From positions 1 to 64,000 of the forward strand of contig NMRA01000645.1 in the NCBI GenBank assembly GCA_002633005.1: DNA of 64,000 bases, read 5' to 3'. The position numbers and the translations under genes were made by a program. Under the pieces are notes generated by a model. It was not told the origin of the DNA. It worked only from the letters and a program-made list of their open reading frames with translations, and did no database searches. Of the stretch, positions 36,299 through 48,850 are shown piece after piece. How positions within the stretch are numbered: position 1 is the stretch's first letter; each line of letters opens with the position of its first letter. Source of the DNA: Phoronis australis. Lineage: Eukaryota > Animalia > Phoronida.

Positions 36299-37724
36299 TA
36301 AAGACTCCTACATTGTAAACCCAGACATACAATGTTCTAATACACACAAGTGTTCTTGCTAGTGAGCACTTTCATTTGTTTCTAAATTGGGTTTACTTCA
36401 AATCATAATTATTGCTTGGTGAAATTTAAGCCTGTTGCTTTGTCATAAGTTTGTTTTTTTTTACTTGGTAAAACAAAATTTATCCATGTTGTTTGTGTGT
36501 TTGTTTGTTTGTTTGTTCACATGTTACTCATCACAATACTTATCGGATCAACGTGAAATTTACACACATGTATTTTGTGAATGGCTGGAATCTAATTGTT
36601 CTTAGTTTAGAGTAGAAATGAGATGGCTCTGTGGTGGGTATTTTTCCTTTTTTTGTTGTAGAGACATAGCTCCACTGTTTCTGGTGAGATTTTTGTGAGA
36701 TTTTTTCTTTCGATAGGTCATTTAAAAAGCTATGGCAAGTATCTTATTTATTTCACTAGGTCTTAACATTCTCGAGATATTCTAGATTTTCGAAAGAGTG
36801 GTCTCCAGTTAATCGAGTTTTTGTGCCGTAACTTCGAATCTGTCTGAAATTTGTTAGGTGGATAGATCTTTTCAAGCGCTTTCAGTTTTGTGAAAGCCGT
36901 TGCTTGATGCTACTTTCGCGAAATTCAAGATTTACAGCTCAAACGATTGTTCTTTTGTTGACTAGTTATTTATAGTTGCCCTTTGCTACCATGTTATGGC
37001 AGCCATTTTTTTAATTATGTTTGCGGAGCAGCTTGTTTGAAAATTCATTATTTTGGTTGCAGACGTGTGCCCTAAAATCTACACCTATGCGGTAAAATAG
37101 TTCTTTTCATTTCTGTTCTTTGTAGTTTTTGATGACATGAACATCAATGTTTTCATAAAAAGCATGAAAAGTCTTGTGCAAATCTATAACAACCACCAGA
37201 CTGTATTTTGAAAAATTATGAACAATCACAAAGAATACCTTGAAAAATGAAAAAGTGCAAATTTGACGATCATTTTTGTCTGAAATGGGTGAGATTCTAC
37301 TGTATATACCGGTACATCGTGAATATGTTTCAAATGCATGGTAAGAAACCACTGAAAATAGGTTATGTAAAATATTCAAACACGACAAGTGATGTGGAAA
37401 TTGTTTCAAGGTGGCCTCCACATAACCTGCATAAATGCCTGTGAAGACGTCAGGGAAAATGTGTGAATTTCATAATAGTGCCTCTTGGAGGGAAATCAAT
37501 GGTGCCTTTAGGAATCAGTAATCGATCTTTGTCAGTGTGCCAAGCTCCGCTTTATTTCCATAGTTTTTTGTTGGCTATTTTTGCATAAAACCCACGCTGG
37601 ATTATTGGAATAGGCATTGTTCGCCTCACTAGACATGTGAATTGCATGTCAGTTACCATGGTACTCAATCAGATGGCCTGATGTTAGTGGTGCTGTTTAT
37701 TGCCTTACTTTGTTTGACTTTCAG

Positions 37725-37787
37725 GCCTGACTGTTCATCCCCTGGACTAAAGAGATCATATTTGACACAGAGTTGCAGGAATGTGTG
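37725..37787 (+). other. candidate non-coding 5'UTR exon of PPEF
   Basis: ttactttgtttgactttcag acceptor and GTG|gtaagt donor, 63 nt. Confidence 0.45.
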
Positions 37788-39235
37788 GTAAGTCAGGCCT
37801 AGGAAATATGTTACCTTCAGGAATGGTGCTCTCCACAGCAGAAAGTTGGAAGAATTCTCTTTTGCATTTGAAGGTAATTCCCCACTCAGGAGTGAGGTTT
37901 GGATTTATTATAAAACCAAGAAATCATCCTTGAAATTATGGCTAACATGAAAAATGGCCTTATTTTATCAAAACTTTGCAGCTCAAATTTTGATCCAGGT
38001 GGGGCTAGTAGTATAAAATTCGAGCTTTGAATAACAACAGCGACATTGCACTGTTACACCTCTCGGTGCCGGTGTTAAACAATGCATGGAAAAACAATCA
38101 GTTTATGCAGCAGATAAGTTTTTAAGTTTTATGCAATTCAACCCTAAGGGGAACTAAACTTTTAGCAAACTTGAAATTACTACGGATATTCTTAACAAAT
38201 CATGGGGAACACTAGATATTTTTAAGAATTGCGGAGAGTCTTCCCACTTCATAATTACACATTAAAGGAGTCTGCGTTTCTTCACTAGGCTCTTGTGCAA
38301 TCTCTACATAAGCTTGAGACTGTTCAACTGCGACAGACCATTGTCACGCCTCTCATGTAAGTCGACACTGTCGACAAGTATGCAATGAACATCTTCTCAT
38401 TAACCAGACTAAAGGATTGAACTTTTAGGTAGTTGACTTGGGGCTATGTTAAGTATTTATGGTCGTAAATTATGTTGCAAGCTAAATACACGCACAAGCA
38501 GTAGAATTTTGTGCAGTAGAATTTTATGCAGGCCTATACCATTGCAAGATTCTTCAGTACATTTGTCGAGTCAAGTAGTTCAAAATCTTATTAAATATAT
38601 GAGCATCACTTTCAAGCGTGGTTTTGCTCAAATTGTCTGCTTACAGGTGCATGCATCTAGTTCCGGATAATAGGCGTTGTTCAAATATAGTTCTATGGGC
38701 TTAATTATAAGCTCCCAAGTATATTTATGAAACATTTCTTTCACTTGAGTGTTTTTGCATGATCTTTCATTTTCGCGTGATTCTTGAGTCTGCCAAATGT
38801 AGCTCCTGTTTATAATTCTCTTGCGTGAAATGAGAAAGTGTCACATGGTTTAGTTTTGGCACCTTATAGGGTGCTAAGGATGTGTTTTTGTCAAAATCTG
38901 ATGTTGAGTTAGATTTGTGGTTTCAGAATCCTTATTCTGGGAAGTATTCTAGAAAACACCTGATACAGTTTATTAAAAATGTCATTTTGTTTTCACCACT
39001 TTGGGCACTCGTAACTGTTGTCAATGATGTTGAAAATAACTTGGATGCTAAGATGACAACACTACTTCTGCAGAACGGAGTTCATCATATCTGAAATTGG
39101 CTTCTTCATAGGATCCCAGAAGCCTGTTACATGTCTAAATTAAGACCAAAATTCAGACTGAGTTAAGACTGATGACGAAAAATCAGGAAAGGCTGTTTTA
39201 TTGAAATGAAGTCAGATTTTGGTCTTCGGTCTTAA

Positions 39236-41636
39236 AGTCCCTATAAAATGAGCCAACTGCCTTTTAGATATGTTAAGTACATGTACTTTTGTGCAACATA
39301 TTTTTGTTTCGTTTTATTCCACACAACCGCTAACTAATTACTACGCATTTTGTGCCCCCCATATTATGTGCCCCCATCAGAAACCCCTTTTATTCTCTCG
39401 ACGAATCACTGTAGACTGGCCTATTGACATCATCGTTGAGAACGAGCAACACATTACCGCGCTAACCACAACCTGTAGTGAGCACCTGATCGGCTGCTGG
39501 GACAGTAAAAAACAAAGTAGTTTTGCTCAAGGAACGTCACCAATTAGAAACATCGCTGACGTTAGGCATCAATGTCGACTGATAATGCAATATTACTAAG
39601 CAAAACAATGGTGTCAGGCAAAGCACCCTTCGAACCGAACAGCGGCGTAGATCTCGGATAGGGTCTGCCATCGATTCACTCACGACCCACGACGAACCAA
39701 TTTTCGAAGTATTTGCACCCACGTAAAAGGTCCTACAACAGCTACGTTTCGTACTGAATCTGACAACGGCAAACTTACCGAACTCTGTGGTGGAAAAAAT
39801 ACTTATTTTTCACGTAAGATGTCTTGATTATCCACTAACAATATCCTCGGCAATAAATCACCGCGACATGGTCGGTACCATTTTATGCAATCGTGGCTCA
39901 GAAATGTCGTCAATTAACGGTGTGGGTGAATGTAGCCTACGTCTCTTTTTTATTGCAAAAAAACAAACGTAAAGATGACAACGCTTGGCTGTTACTTGCC
40001 AAACGACGGTCACAACTTGTCTTGCATCAGAATAAAATTCGACAACAAATTCTCAAGCCCTCTTTTCTGGGACAGCACGCGCGACATATATATGAGTCAT
40101 CTGTCACTCACGTGTTGCAGCCAATGTATCACGTACTCCAGCGGTGAGAACGTAGAGGTGCACACCTACCAAGTCGCACATCAAAAGAGTACGGCGGCCG
40201 TTCTAAATAAAATATTGTGCACTGGCTTGGCTCGATTAAGTGCTTGGGTGTTGCATAAACTCGAATGCATGTGACCATAAGATGAGCGCTGATTCAACTT
40301 GAGTTTTGTGGCACATTCTTTGAAATCTAACATCGGTCGGGAGAGGGTGCACTTATAAACCCCCCACGTGAACGTCAGGCAATACGGCTTTGGGTACACT
40401 TTGGAGGCACGCACTGAAAAAAGTGTGCAGTCAGCATGTCGATGGGTTGTGCTATGACGGGAACGGCGTATTTCCATGACTTCAAAGTATAAAATGCCTT
40501 GTGCAATTGGTCTTTCAAATCGAACACTAGTTTAAATATGACAACCTATTCGCAGCGCTAACTTTGTCCTTTGTGCTCAATATTTTGTTTCCACCTCAAT
40601 CGCACTTAGATTTTCCTGCAGGTCTCACTACTCGGCGTGCAGATAGCTGCGTCGGTTACGGGTTAAGTTTCGTATGCCTTGTGTAAAATGCCTTTGTCTT
40701 CAAATGACGGTCCGTAGCGAGTTCCGTGACAATTGGCCGGTAAGTTTCCCCTTCTGTTTCACTTTACTCGTATTCCTCTGGCTTGAACATACACGGCGCT
40801 AATCCATCCAAACCTTGTTCCTACATTTTCTTAATCTTCCATTTCGCAGTACTTTTCATTGAACGTCCGTCCATTGCAAGGTATTAGGCCTTTACTTTTC
40901 TAACCCAAGTGCGAAAAGTCTCGGGTCATTCTTTTTCATCGTGCTGCGAGTGAGCTTTTCGCTTCGTTAAGATGTGTAACGCCGACTTACTCCCCGACAT
41001 AATCCCGTAATTATCACGGAGCGACTACAAACAAATTTAATTCTCCGGTACACGCATTCCGCCAGGATGTCGCCGTGGGTCCGACAAATCTCCATTCATT
41101 GCAAACCTGTCCCCCAATGCACGCAGGGACCCTGTTTGTTAAATCTGTTCGTTAAACCCGGACGTCTTTGTGAATAAGTATTTGATGTTAGACTGAGTAA
41201 GTGGTCCCCACCGAGAACGCGCTACTGTCTTTGGCGACGCTAAACTATCAAGGGACAGTGAGTTGTAGGATATTATATGCACGTGGAAGTGTCGAGATAA
41301 GTGTCGTATAGTATTTGAGCTTGGTTGTCTCTAACAGTTGTAATTTTGAAAATCTGTGACTTGAAATATGCACCAGACACCGTAAGGTAAGCTTCCTGTG
41401 GCAACGGACTGTTCGATAGGTATTGGGTATCAACGATGACGTCATTTGCGTCGATTAGAACGAGCGCCACCTAAAGTTTTTTTTCGGCACTAAATGGGGT
41501 TCATGATGGGGTCGTACGATAGTAATTGGCGTAATTAGCTAATGCCAGGAGTAAAGGGAGGGATGATATGTTTGTTTCGATCAATGATACAGATATTTAA
41601 CATGTTTAAAAGTCATTTGGCCGTTATGTAGGGTCT
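39236..41636. mobile_element. Kolobok-type DNA transposon deletion derivative (2.4 kb)
   Basis: TTAA|AGTCCCTATAAAATGAGCCAACTGCCTTTTAGATATGTTAA vs TTAACATGTTTAAAAGTCATTTGGCCGTTATGTAGGGTCT|TTAA (~40-50-bp imperfect TIR). Interior is CpG-rich against CpG-poor flanks. Minus-strand peptide ..IVTELATDRH.. near 40700-40733. Confidence 0.82.
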
Positions 41637-43855
41637 TTAACTTAAATTAAGTCCATTTTTGTGACATAGGTGACCATGCAATCTACCTTTTCGCCATCTG
41701 TTGTGTATTCACAGGACTAAAGGGGGCTGTGTGTTTCCTAAATAATCTTGTTTACGTAACTCTAAATGGGGATCTATTTACATTTTGGATACTAATGGGA
41801 TCCCTTGAGAAGACCTTGGTATGGCTGGAAAATATCACGTCTCATGATTGTGTCAGTAAGTCGCACTGCATCGTGTCTGCCTAATTGCTGGAAGCCCGAT
41901 GATCTTCGATTTGACATTAGATAGTTCGTAAAAATATAAGTAAAATTTGTTCCTCAGCAGTTTACTGTCTGGCAAAAATAAAAAATATTACTTTTCCACC
42001 ATATCGTGTCCTAAATTTGTGGTATTTTACCATATTCAGTATATTACACAGTAAGCTGAACTGTCAAACGATACGTGGTAAAACGCATTGATAATTGGTT
42101 ACCATTAAAATTTGTTTCCTTGATTTGTTTTCAAGGAAAATGATTCGGAAATAGTGCCTTTCTAGTGAAAGTGTTGCAGTCATGGAGTGGCATGTAGAGC
42201 ACCTGTGGCTTGCAGCTGGTGGGTAAATTATGACATCACACAATCACATGGGTAACAGTTATGAGATGATACACTGGTTAAATTGGGTATTAATTTTTAA
42301 TGAACATCAATTGCATAACTGTTGCACAACTGGCCTCAGGCTTTGCTAGCATTGTGATTTATGAGTGCCTCAGAAACTTGACAGTTAGGGTGATGCAAGT
42401 CCCAACTTAGACTAATTCTGAATGATTTTCTGACACATAGTTTTCGTGTGTTTGATGCGCATTTGGTGGGAGCTAGGATACAACATCTGAGCCTAGCTGA
42501 GAGAGTCGGCAAATATTTGCACTGAATTGCCTGTTAGTGCAACGTGGTGCCTGTGATTTCTCTGGTTACTTGTCAGATTTACTGTACATAATCCTGTTGT
42601 AGGTTAAACTGATCTGCTTAATTTAGGTGTAGATAAGAGAGCCCAGTATTTATTGTAGAGCTCAGTGCATAATGAACTGTTGAGCATGACCTGCTAGCTA
42701 CAATCGGAAGTGGTCTTCTGTTTTCGCTGAATTCATCAAAAGATAGAATACAACTTTTTTTTAATATGTGTTAGGAACATGGGCAGCAGGTTAGTCCTCA
42801 GGGGTCAGACAATAAACTTGAACCCCATGAGCATGTTTTGTTGTGGTTTTACTGTTTGAACCTTATGACAAAACCAACAAACTAAAAGCCTTTTATCATT
42901 CAAAAACTGTAATACCTGTACGAAATGAACAGTTTTGTCTCCAATAAACAATACTAACATGAGTAGTTGGTATACCAACCCTTAAATAAGGTTGGAAGTC
43001 TGCACAGTTAGAGTGTAAAATCAAGTGCTGTAAACATCACACTCATTTGGAGAAATTTCTCGCTTACACTGGTGACTGCTGTGATTCCCTAAGCCCCAGA
43101 CAACTTTTAGGATGCCTATTCAGCACGCATTTTGTATTGAAGTAGATCTGAGCTAATGAAGTGGAAAGGTATTTGCTAGCAGTACTGTCTGGACAATGGT
43201 TGTTGTTAGTACCCCCAGTTTGGTTTTCCCTGACATTTGCAGAGTTATGGCCTGCAACTATGGAGAGTAGTTTTAACTTGGTACATTATAAATATTACAA
43301 AATGACTAAAAAGGTTAACTTTTGTTTATCTTCACGAAGGGCCACATCCCAAAAGAACGATAAGTTTCATATTCGTTTTCTTTATTTATTTTTTAGTGCT
43401 TCTGCCCTCTTGTTTTTTTTTCTTATTGGGAACGGATTGATAATGTTTTATCTAAGTTTTGAAGTTGAAGTACCAAAACAGTTGTAGATTTTGATTGCCA
43501 TCTAAACTTAATTAGTTAAGTTCATTGTGAGCCCATACCATATTACAGGTACACGAAACGTTTCACGTGTCATTAAAGTTTAATCTTTATTAAAACTCAA
43601 ATCATAAAATTTTTATAAAAGTGTAAATATGGTGATAACCAAACTGAAGGTTTGGAATCTTTGGACAATTTTGGTGGCACTGACTATATAACTATTCTAG
43701 CTCTTTGTCAGTAATAAAAAATGAAAAGTGGGCACAACAACTGTTTCCTGGTTAAACGAGATTGAAAGAGTACCATGTGATATTGTTAGCTCTGATCAGC
43801 ATTTGTATATCCACCGAGTATATCGATATGCGCGCGGTAGTTTATCTTCAATCAT

Positions 43856-45630
43856 GGACTCTATTCACGCGGCGGACATTAAAATCCAAAGCGAGGCTCA
43901 CTGCGATAAATAAAGCGAAAGTAGACATTGCGTGAGTTAAATAGCCGGTCTTTCGAGTCCAACCTGGATATTGAATTTTAATAATGTGTCAACAATTAAA
44001 CCACACAGACGTAGAAAATTACATTAGATAACAAGTTAAGGCGTCAAAGAGTTGTCTGACGAAAGGGTTTAATTTTTTGCGGAAAACTAGGTTCGAAACA
44101 TGAAAAGTAAATATGACCAAATTGCGGTGATCATAGTGTTACGGATTAGGTATTATGCTGAATGCAGGGTTACTTTTTTCTTGTAAATTGTTGATCAAAA
44201 TACTTTCTACGCTGACCAGGTCATCTGCTCGTATTGTTGACGAGTTGAAGACATATTCGACAGTGGTGGCTGTCATGTGCAATTAGTCACATTTGGTTTA
44301 ATTTGTTGATCAATAATATTGAAATCAAGCATAGCCTGATCCTATGCACTCCCTGGGACTAACAGTTGATTTGTCATTGATCTGAAAGAATAATTGATGT
44401 TATTAAATATATTTTTTATTAAAGTAATAAACCAGACTCGTAATTGAAAATAAAAATTATTTGACCATCAATTCTGCTTTTTTGGTTGTAATAATTCTTA
44501 CGTCTATTTTATGTGTTAGATTTCAAATATCAATCTGGACCAAGTTGAATTTTAAAATTAAAACACCTAATTCGTTTGTCCAAAGCATAACCTCGTTTTA
44601 GAACTCAATTTCAGTTAACTGGACAATGCAATCATAGTTATCATGTTTCTGCAGGAACCTCGTTCATCCGAGGGGAAAGGTGCCAGTGCCTACTGAGAGG
44701 CGATTTTTTCGCCGAGTGAGGGCGGGAACAGTCTACCTCCCGATCAACATCAATAGCACCCCCGCCCTGTTGCAAGCTCTCATAGGCTCTGTCTCATTTT
44801 AAAGTAGCCTTTTGTGCTCTTAAAAATTGTCACCTGTGTGGTTATAGGTTATGTGAACTCAGAGAGATTTTTCAATAGGGGAATTTTTATGCCTCGGGGA
44901 ATTTCGCATGATATTTCAATATTTTTGAGAGGGGAATAGAGCCGATATTGGGCCTAAATTTGAGGGATTGAGGGCTCTGTCCTTTTTGGGAAGAAAAATT
45001 ATAATGTTTCAGCCCGTAGCAGGGGCGGATCCAGGATTTTGAATTAGGGGGGGGCAGGCACAGGAATAAGCAGCATTTCGGCAGATGCGCGCGCCCAGCC
45101 TAAAATCTGGGGATGCAGGGGTCTTGAATTCTTGGGTTTGCGGACCTGTTGACTAAAAAAAAATGGTAAACGGGGTTCATTCAGCACCTATGCATTGTTT
45201 ATTCACCCCCAAGACCCCCCGGTTGCGCACGTGTGCTAGTCAGCAATTCGCACCCAAACTCAAAAATGGGATCTGATACAATTTTAGGCCCCCCCCCCTA
45301 AATCCTTAGTCATGAAAATACAACCTGGCTGGCCCATTCTCCGGTAGTTACTATGATGCTTGACAACTGACCGAGGATGCGACAAAATATGATCTAACTT
45401 TTCGAAAACGTTTATTTTACACGGACATATTTTGCTTCGTCGGCGTATGGCAACGACCCAACGCTTCCGAATCTAAACGTCTTTAGAGATTGTGAAGCGT
45501 GTCCATATTTTTTCTAGCCGTTCGGGGAACAACACGGACTGAAACACAGACTCCTATGCCGATAAGCTGACAGAGCTATCGTAGCGAGCCTCGTTTTGGA
45601 ACGCGCCTCCTGTCGGCGTGAATAGAGTCT
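43856..45630 (-). mobile_element. AT-flanked TIR element with a THAP relic (ISL2EU/Harbinger-like, inferred)
   Basis: AT|GGACTCTATTCACGC..ccaaagcgaggctc ... gagcctcgttttgg..GCGTGAATAGAGTCT|AT; minus 45538-45436 reads PCCSPNG*..TLHNL / SKDV*IRKRWVVAIRR. Confidence 0.65.
45020..45305. mobile_element. hAT-type MITE nested in 43856-45630
   Basis: caggggcggatccaggattttg..ggggggg ... ggccccccccctaaatcc (right terminus truncated). Confidence 0.6.
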
Positions 45631-46482
45631 ATACCCAATGGTTGTAGTTTTTAGGTTATTAGTTCATCGATTTTTAAAAATCGAAAACTGTACTTATTTT
45701 TACAGCTGAATACCGCCATGGTGTTCGTTTATAATGAAAATTAGTGGTTAATGCATTTTGAAAATTCGCCATTTTGTACAGTCAGAGACGTCTAATATAG
45801 TTTATACTCGGATAATTACATTTAATTGGGTCTTGCTCGCATCAGGCAATGTGGTCATCACAATTATACCTGATTCTGGCGCCGCGCTCTCTTTGATCCT
45901 GGTACAAGCCGCTCAGAAGGACGAGCGTTAAAAATTCCCGCATATATTTAGAAATGCGTGACTTGCTTGTGAGCGTATTATTCACTGTATGCTGGAATTG
46001 CACGACAAACATTAACCCCCATAATTGCGATCGTGTGCACACTAAATTTATCTGAAGTTATATTACAGCGAACATAACTGCATGGAAATCTAGTCCTAAT
46101 CGAAAGAATTTATTCACTCGAACATTCGACGTTTTACTTTAATTTTTACTTGTCATTATCTCCATTTGCATTTTGTAACCTACTGGTGAACTCGTGGACT
46201 AAAGCATTCACTGGGCTCATTGTCTAGCATTCGGGTCACTATGTGACGTCATTAGGTCAAAAACTAAGTGTAGAAGATGGCAGATGATTTGATTCGTTGT
46301 CGTTAGAGGAAGGTAAAGTTAAGACCGTTGGCAGTTTTCGTAACGTGTCGAGGGAATTTGATTTGGTTAGTACTAACACACTGAAAAAAAATTTTTCTCC
46401 CATTGACTTTTGGTTTATATCCATTTCACCAAGCTGTGAAAAGCCCTCCAGTGGACCTTCAGTTCTGTTTAAGCATAGATTA

Positions 46483-48850
46483 CAGTGGCGGATCTACGGG
46501 GGGGGGGGTTCAGGGGGTTTAAACCCCCCCTCGGGCCAGGACCCAAAAATTAAAAAAAAAACAAAAGCGTCTCCAGCAAAACAAAAAATGGCACCGCCAA
46601 CGTGTGTAAACCCCAAGTAAAGCAACTTGGAAAAAATTGAGCGGGGGTTCACTCTGAAAATATCTTTTTTTGCATTATGAATTGCTCAGTCTTTGTGGCT
46701 CATCGGCAAACGTGTGGGGATTTATTGTGCGCGCGCTTCCGTCGACACTTCTGAAGCATTTTAGATGGATTCACCGCTGAAAGAGCATTTCTATAGCTGA
46801 TTTCTTTAGGTAACTAGCTTCTTTACTCTGAGATATATTTTGATTTGATTAGGGAAATACTGCGGTGCCGCAACCCTGATATTCAGGCGAATTGACGAGC
46901 AACGTTTTTACCTTATCTGTCATGCCGTGTTATTCTATTACACTCCAAACGTTTGTTTGTAACTGATGTATAGTAAAGTTGTCTTGCGCAATATCATACA
47001 GTGTACATGTACATGTAATATTGTGTACATGTACATGTAATATTTTTGAAAAAAAAATCTTTTTCCGAAGAATTGCTATTGTGGCGGGCGCCGTGGTCTG
47101 GTCTCGAGTCCGTTTGAAGACACACTCTGTAACAAGTTATGTCTATAAAAGGAATGACCAAGGGGGCATTCATATTGAGAAAGTGACCGCATTCGCGAAA
47201 AGTGTACAGTACCAGAAATTGCGGGGAGGCTGTTCTTTCACAACAAAGTCTTGCGGGACTCGTGCGATGTTCAATAGGCCTCCTAAGGAGCCCTAGTTCC
47301 GACCTCAACACCTACCGTCTGTCTACCTGCAATAAGCACACTGCCATCTTCTATACTGGGAATTTCCGCAGAAAGGCTCACCAGATGAAACGCTCATGCC
47401 CATGGGCATTTATTTGATATTAGTACTTCGGATTTCATGCGTTCAGACACTAGGACGTTTATTTCGAAAATTGCAAGAGATGCAAATAGGTCCTGGGATG
47501 CTTCGTCAAGGTTTGAAGTAGTCCATGATGAACGGATCAAATTTAGTTGCGCATGTAAGTCTTTTGAATGGACTTGGCAACCTCAAGGGTCTTAGTGTCA
47601 ACTGAGCTGCGAAACGAGATGCTGACATTGTAGAGGCTTACAAGCTCATTGACACAGCAGTTGACGAAGTGCAAGCATTGGGAACAATTATCGAAGATAT
47701 CTGGGTAGAATGGTTCCAAGACGAGCAAATCATTGGATCCGATATACAAATTCTTCGGCAGTGTAGACAACAGAAGGATAGGTCTAACATATGAGTGACC
47801 ACTGGGGATTAAAATTTTAGAGAGAAGTTTTCAATTCAAAATTTTTTGTATAGTACACTTTAGGTCTCGCGACGGACCAGGCCAGCTTGATTTGTGTAGA
47901 TGCTGATTTTCAGTGTACTTCTGGTCCCTCAGCGAACTAGTCTTGTGATTTTTTTTACCAAAGTGTGCTTTGTAAAACTATTTATCTCAGCCAGTACTGT
48001 TTGGTCACACGACAGATCGACTGTTTTTATAATGATAATAAGCACAGGTGTACTCTTGGTCTCGTGACGGACCAGGTCAGCTTTTTGTGTACTCTCAGTG
48101 TACATCTGGTCCCTCTGCAAACTAGTCCAGTGTATCGTTTCACCACTGTGCACAGGATGTTTTGGTTTCGTGAAACTGTTTTCAGATGATTTGTTTCCTG
48201 ATAGATTTGTGATGTTTTTCAATTGTTGTCAACGTGATTCAGCTTAATATAGTGATACCTAATTATTTATTGTCGCTTTTAATAATAGAATATGAGTTAG
48301 AGCACCATTGTTCACCAGTTTTTCTCGTAATGAGACAGAACACATGTTTATTTCCGGACTAACAGTGCAGGTCTTCGTTCTTAAAAAACTTGAGGCTGCT
48401 GTTACGCGATCATCTGATATTCAAGTTTTTACGCCCCGTCGGTGCTCCTTAATTATGCTCTTGAATATTTGGAAATTGTCTAAACCCCTGTATACACACC
48501 ACACTTTTTCGTATATGACTTTTCACATGCTAAAAAGGTGTGTGTAAGCAGATGTTCCAACAAAATTTTTTGCTGGTGGCGTGACTCATACCCAGATGTG
48601 CACAATATGGTTTCACGAAACTTATGTGCCAAGGTCATGTGACGAAATCGAGAAGGGTTTTTAATTAAAAAAAACTCCAGAGACATGTTAAGTGCCAGAA
48701 ACTTACCAGGGTGCGTGGAAATTTCACTAGTTGGCTACAAAAACAAAAAAAAACCCTCCCGACCTCACCACGCTCGGCGCCACGCGCCTAGGATTCGACC
48801 TTGACGGGAATCCTAAACCCCCCCTTGGTGAAAACGTAGATCCGCCACTG
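46483..48850 (+). mobile_element. hAT-superfamily deletion derivative (2.37 kb) with transposase remnant
   Basis: Perfect 16-bp TIR CAGTGGCGGATCTACG/CGTAGATCCGCCACTG; GATTA direct repeat on both flanks; 47563-47726 encodes LNGLGNLKGLSVN*AAKRDADIVEAYKLIDTAVDEVQAL..IEDIWVEWFQD, resembling PRKRIR/ZMYM1-type hAT transposase. Confidence 0.85.
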
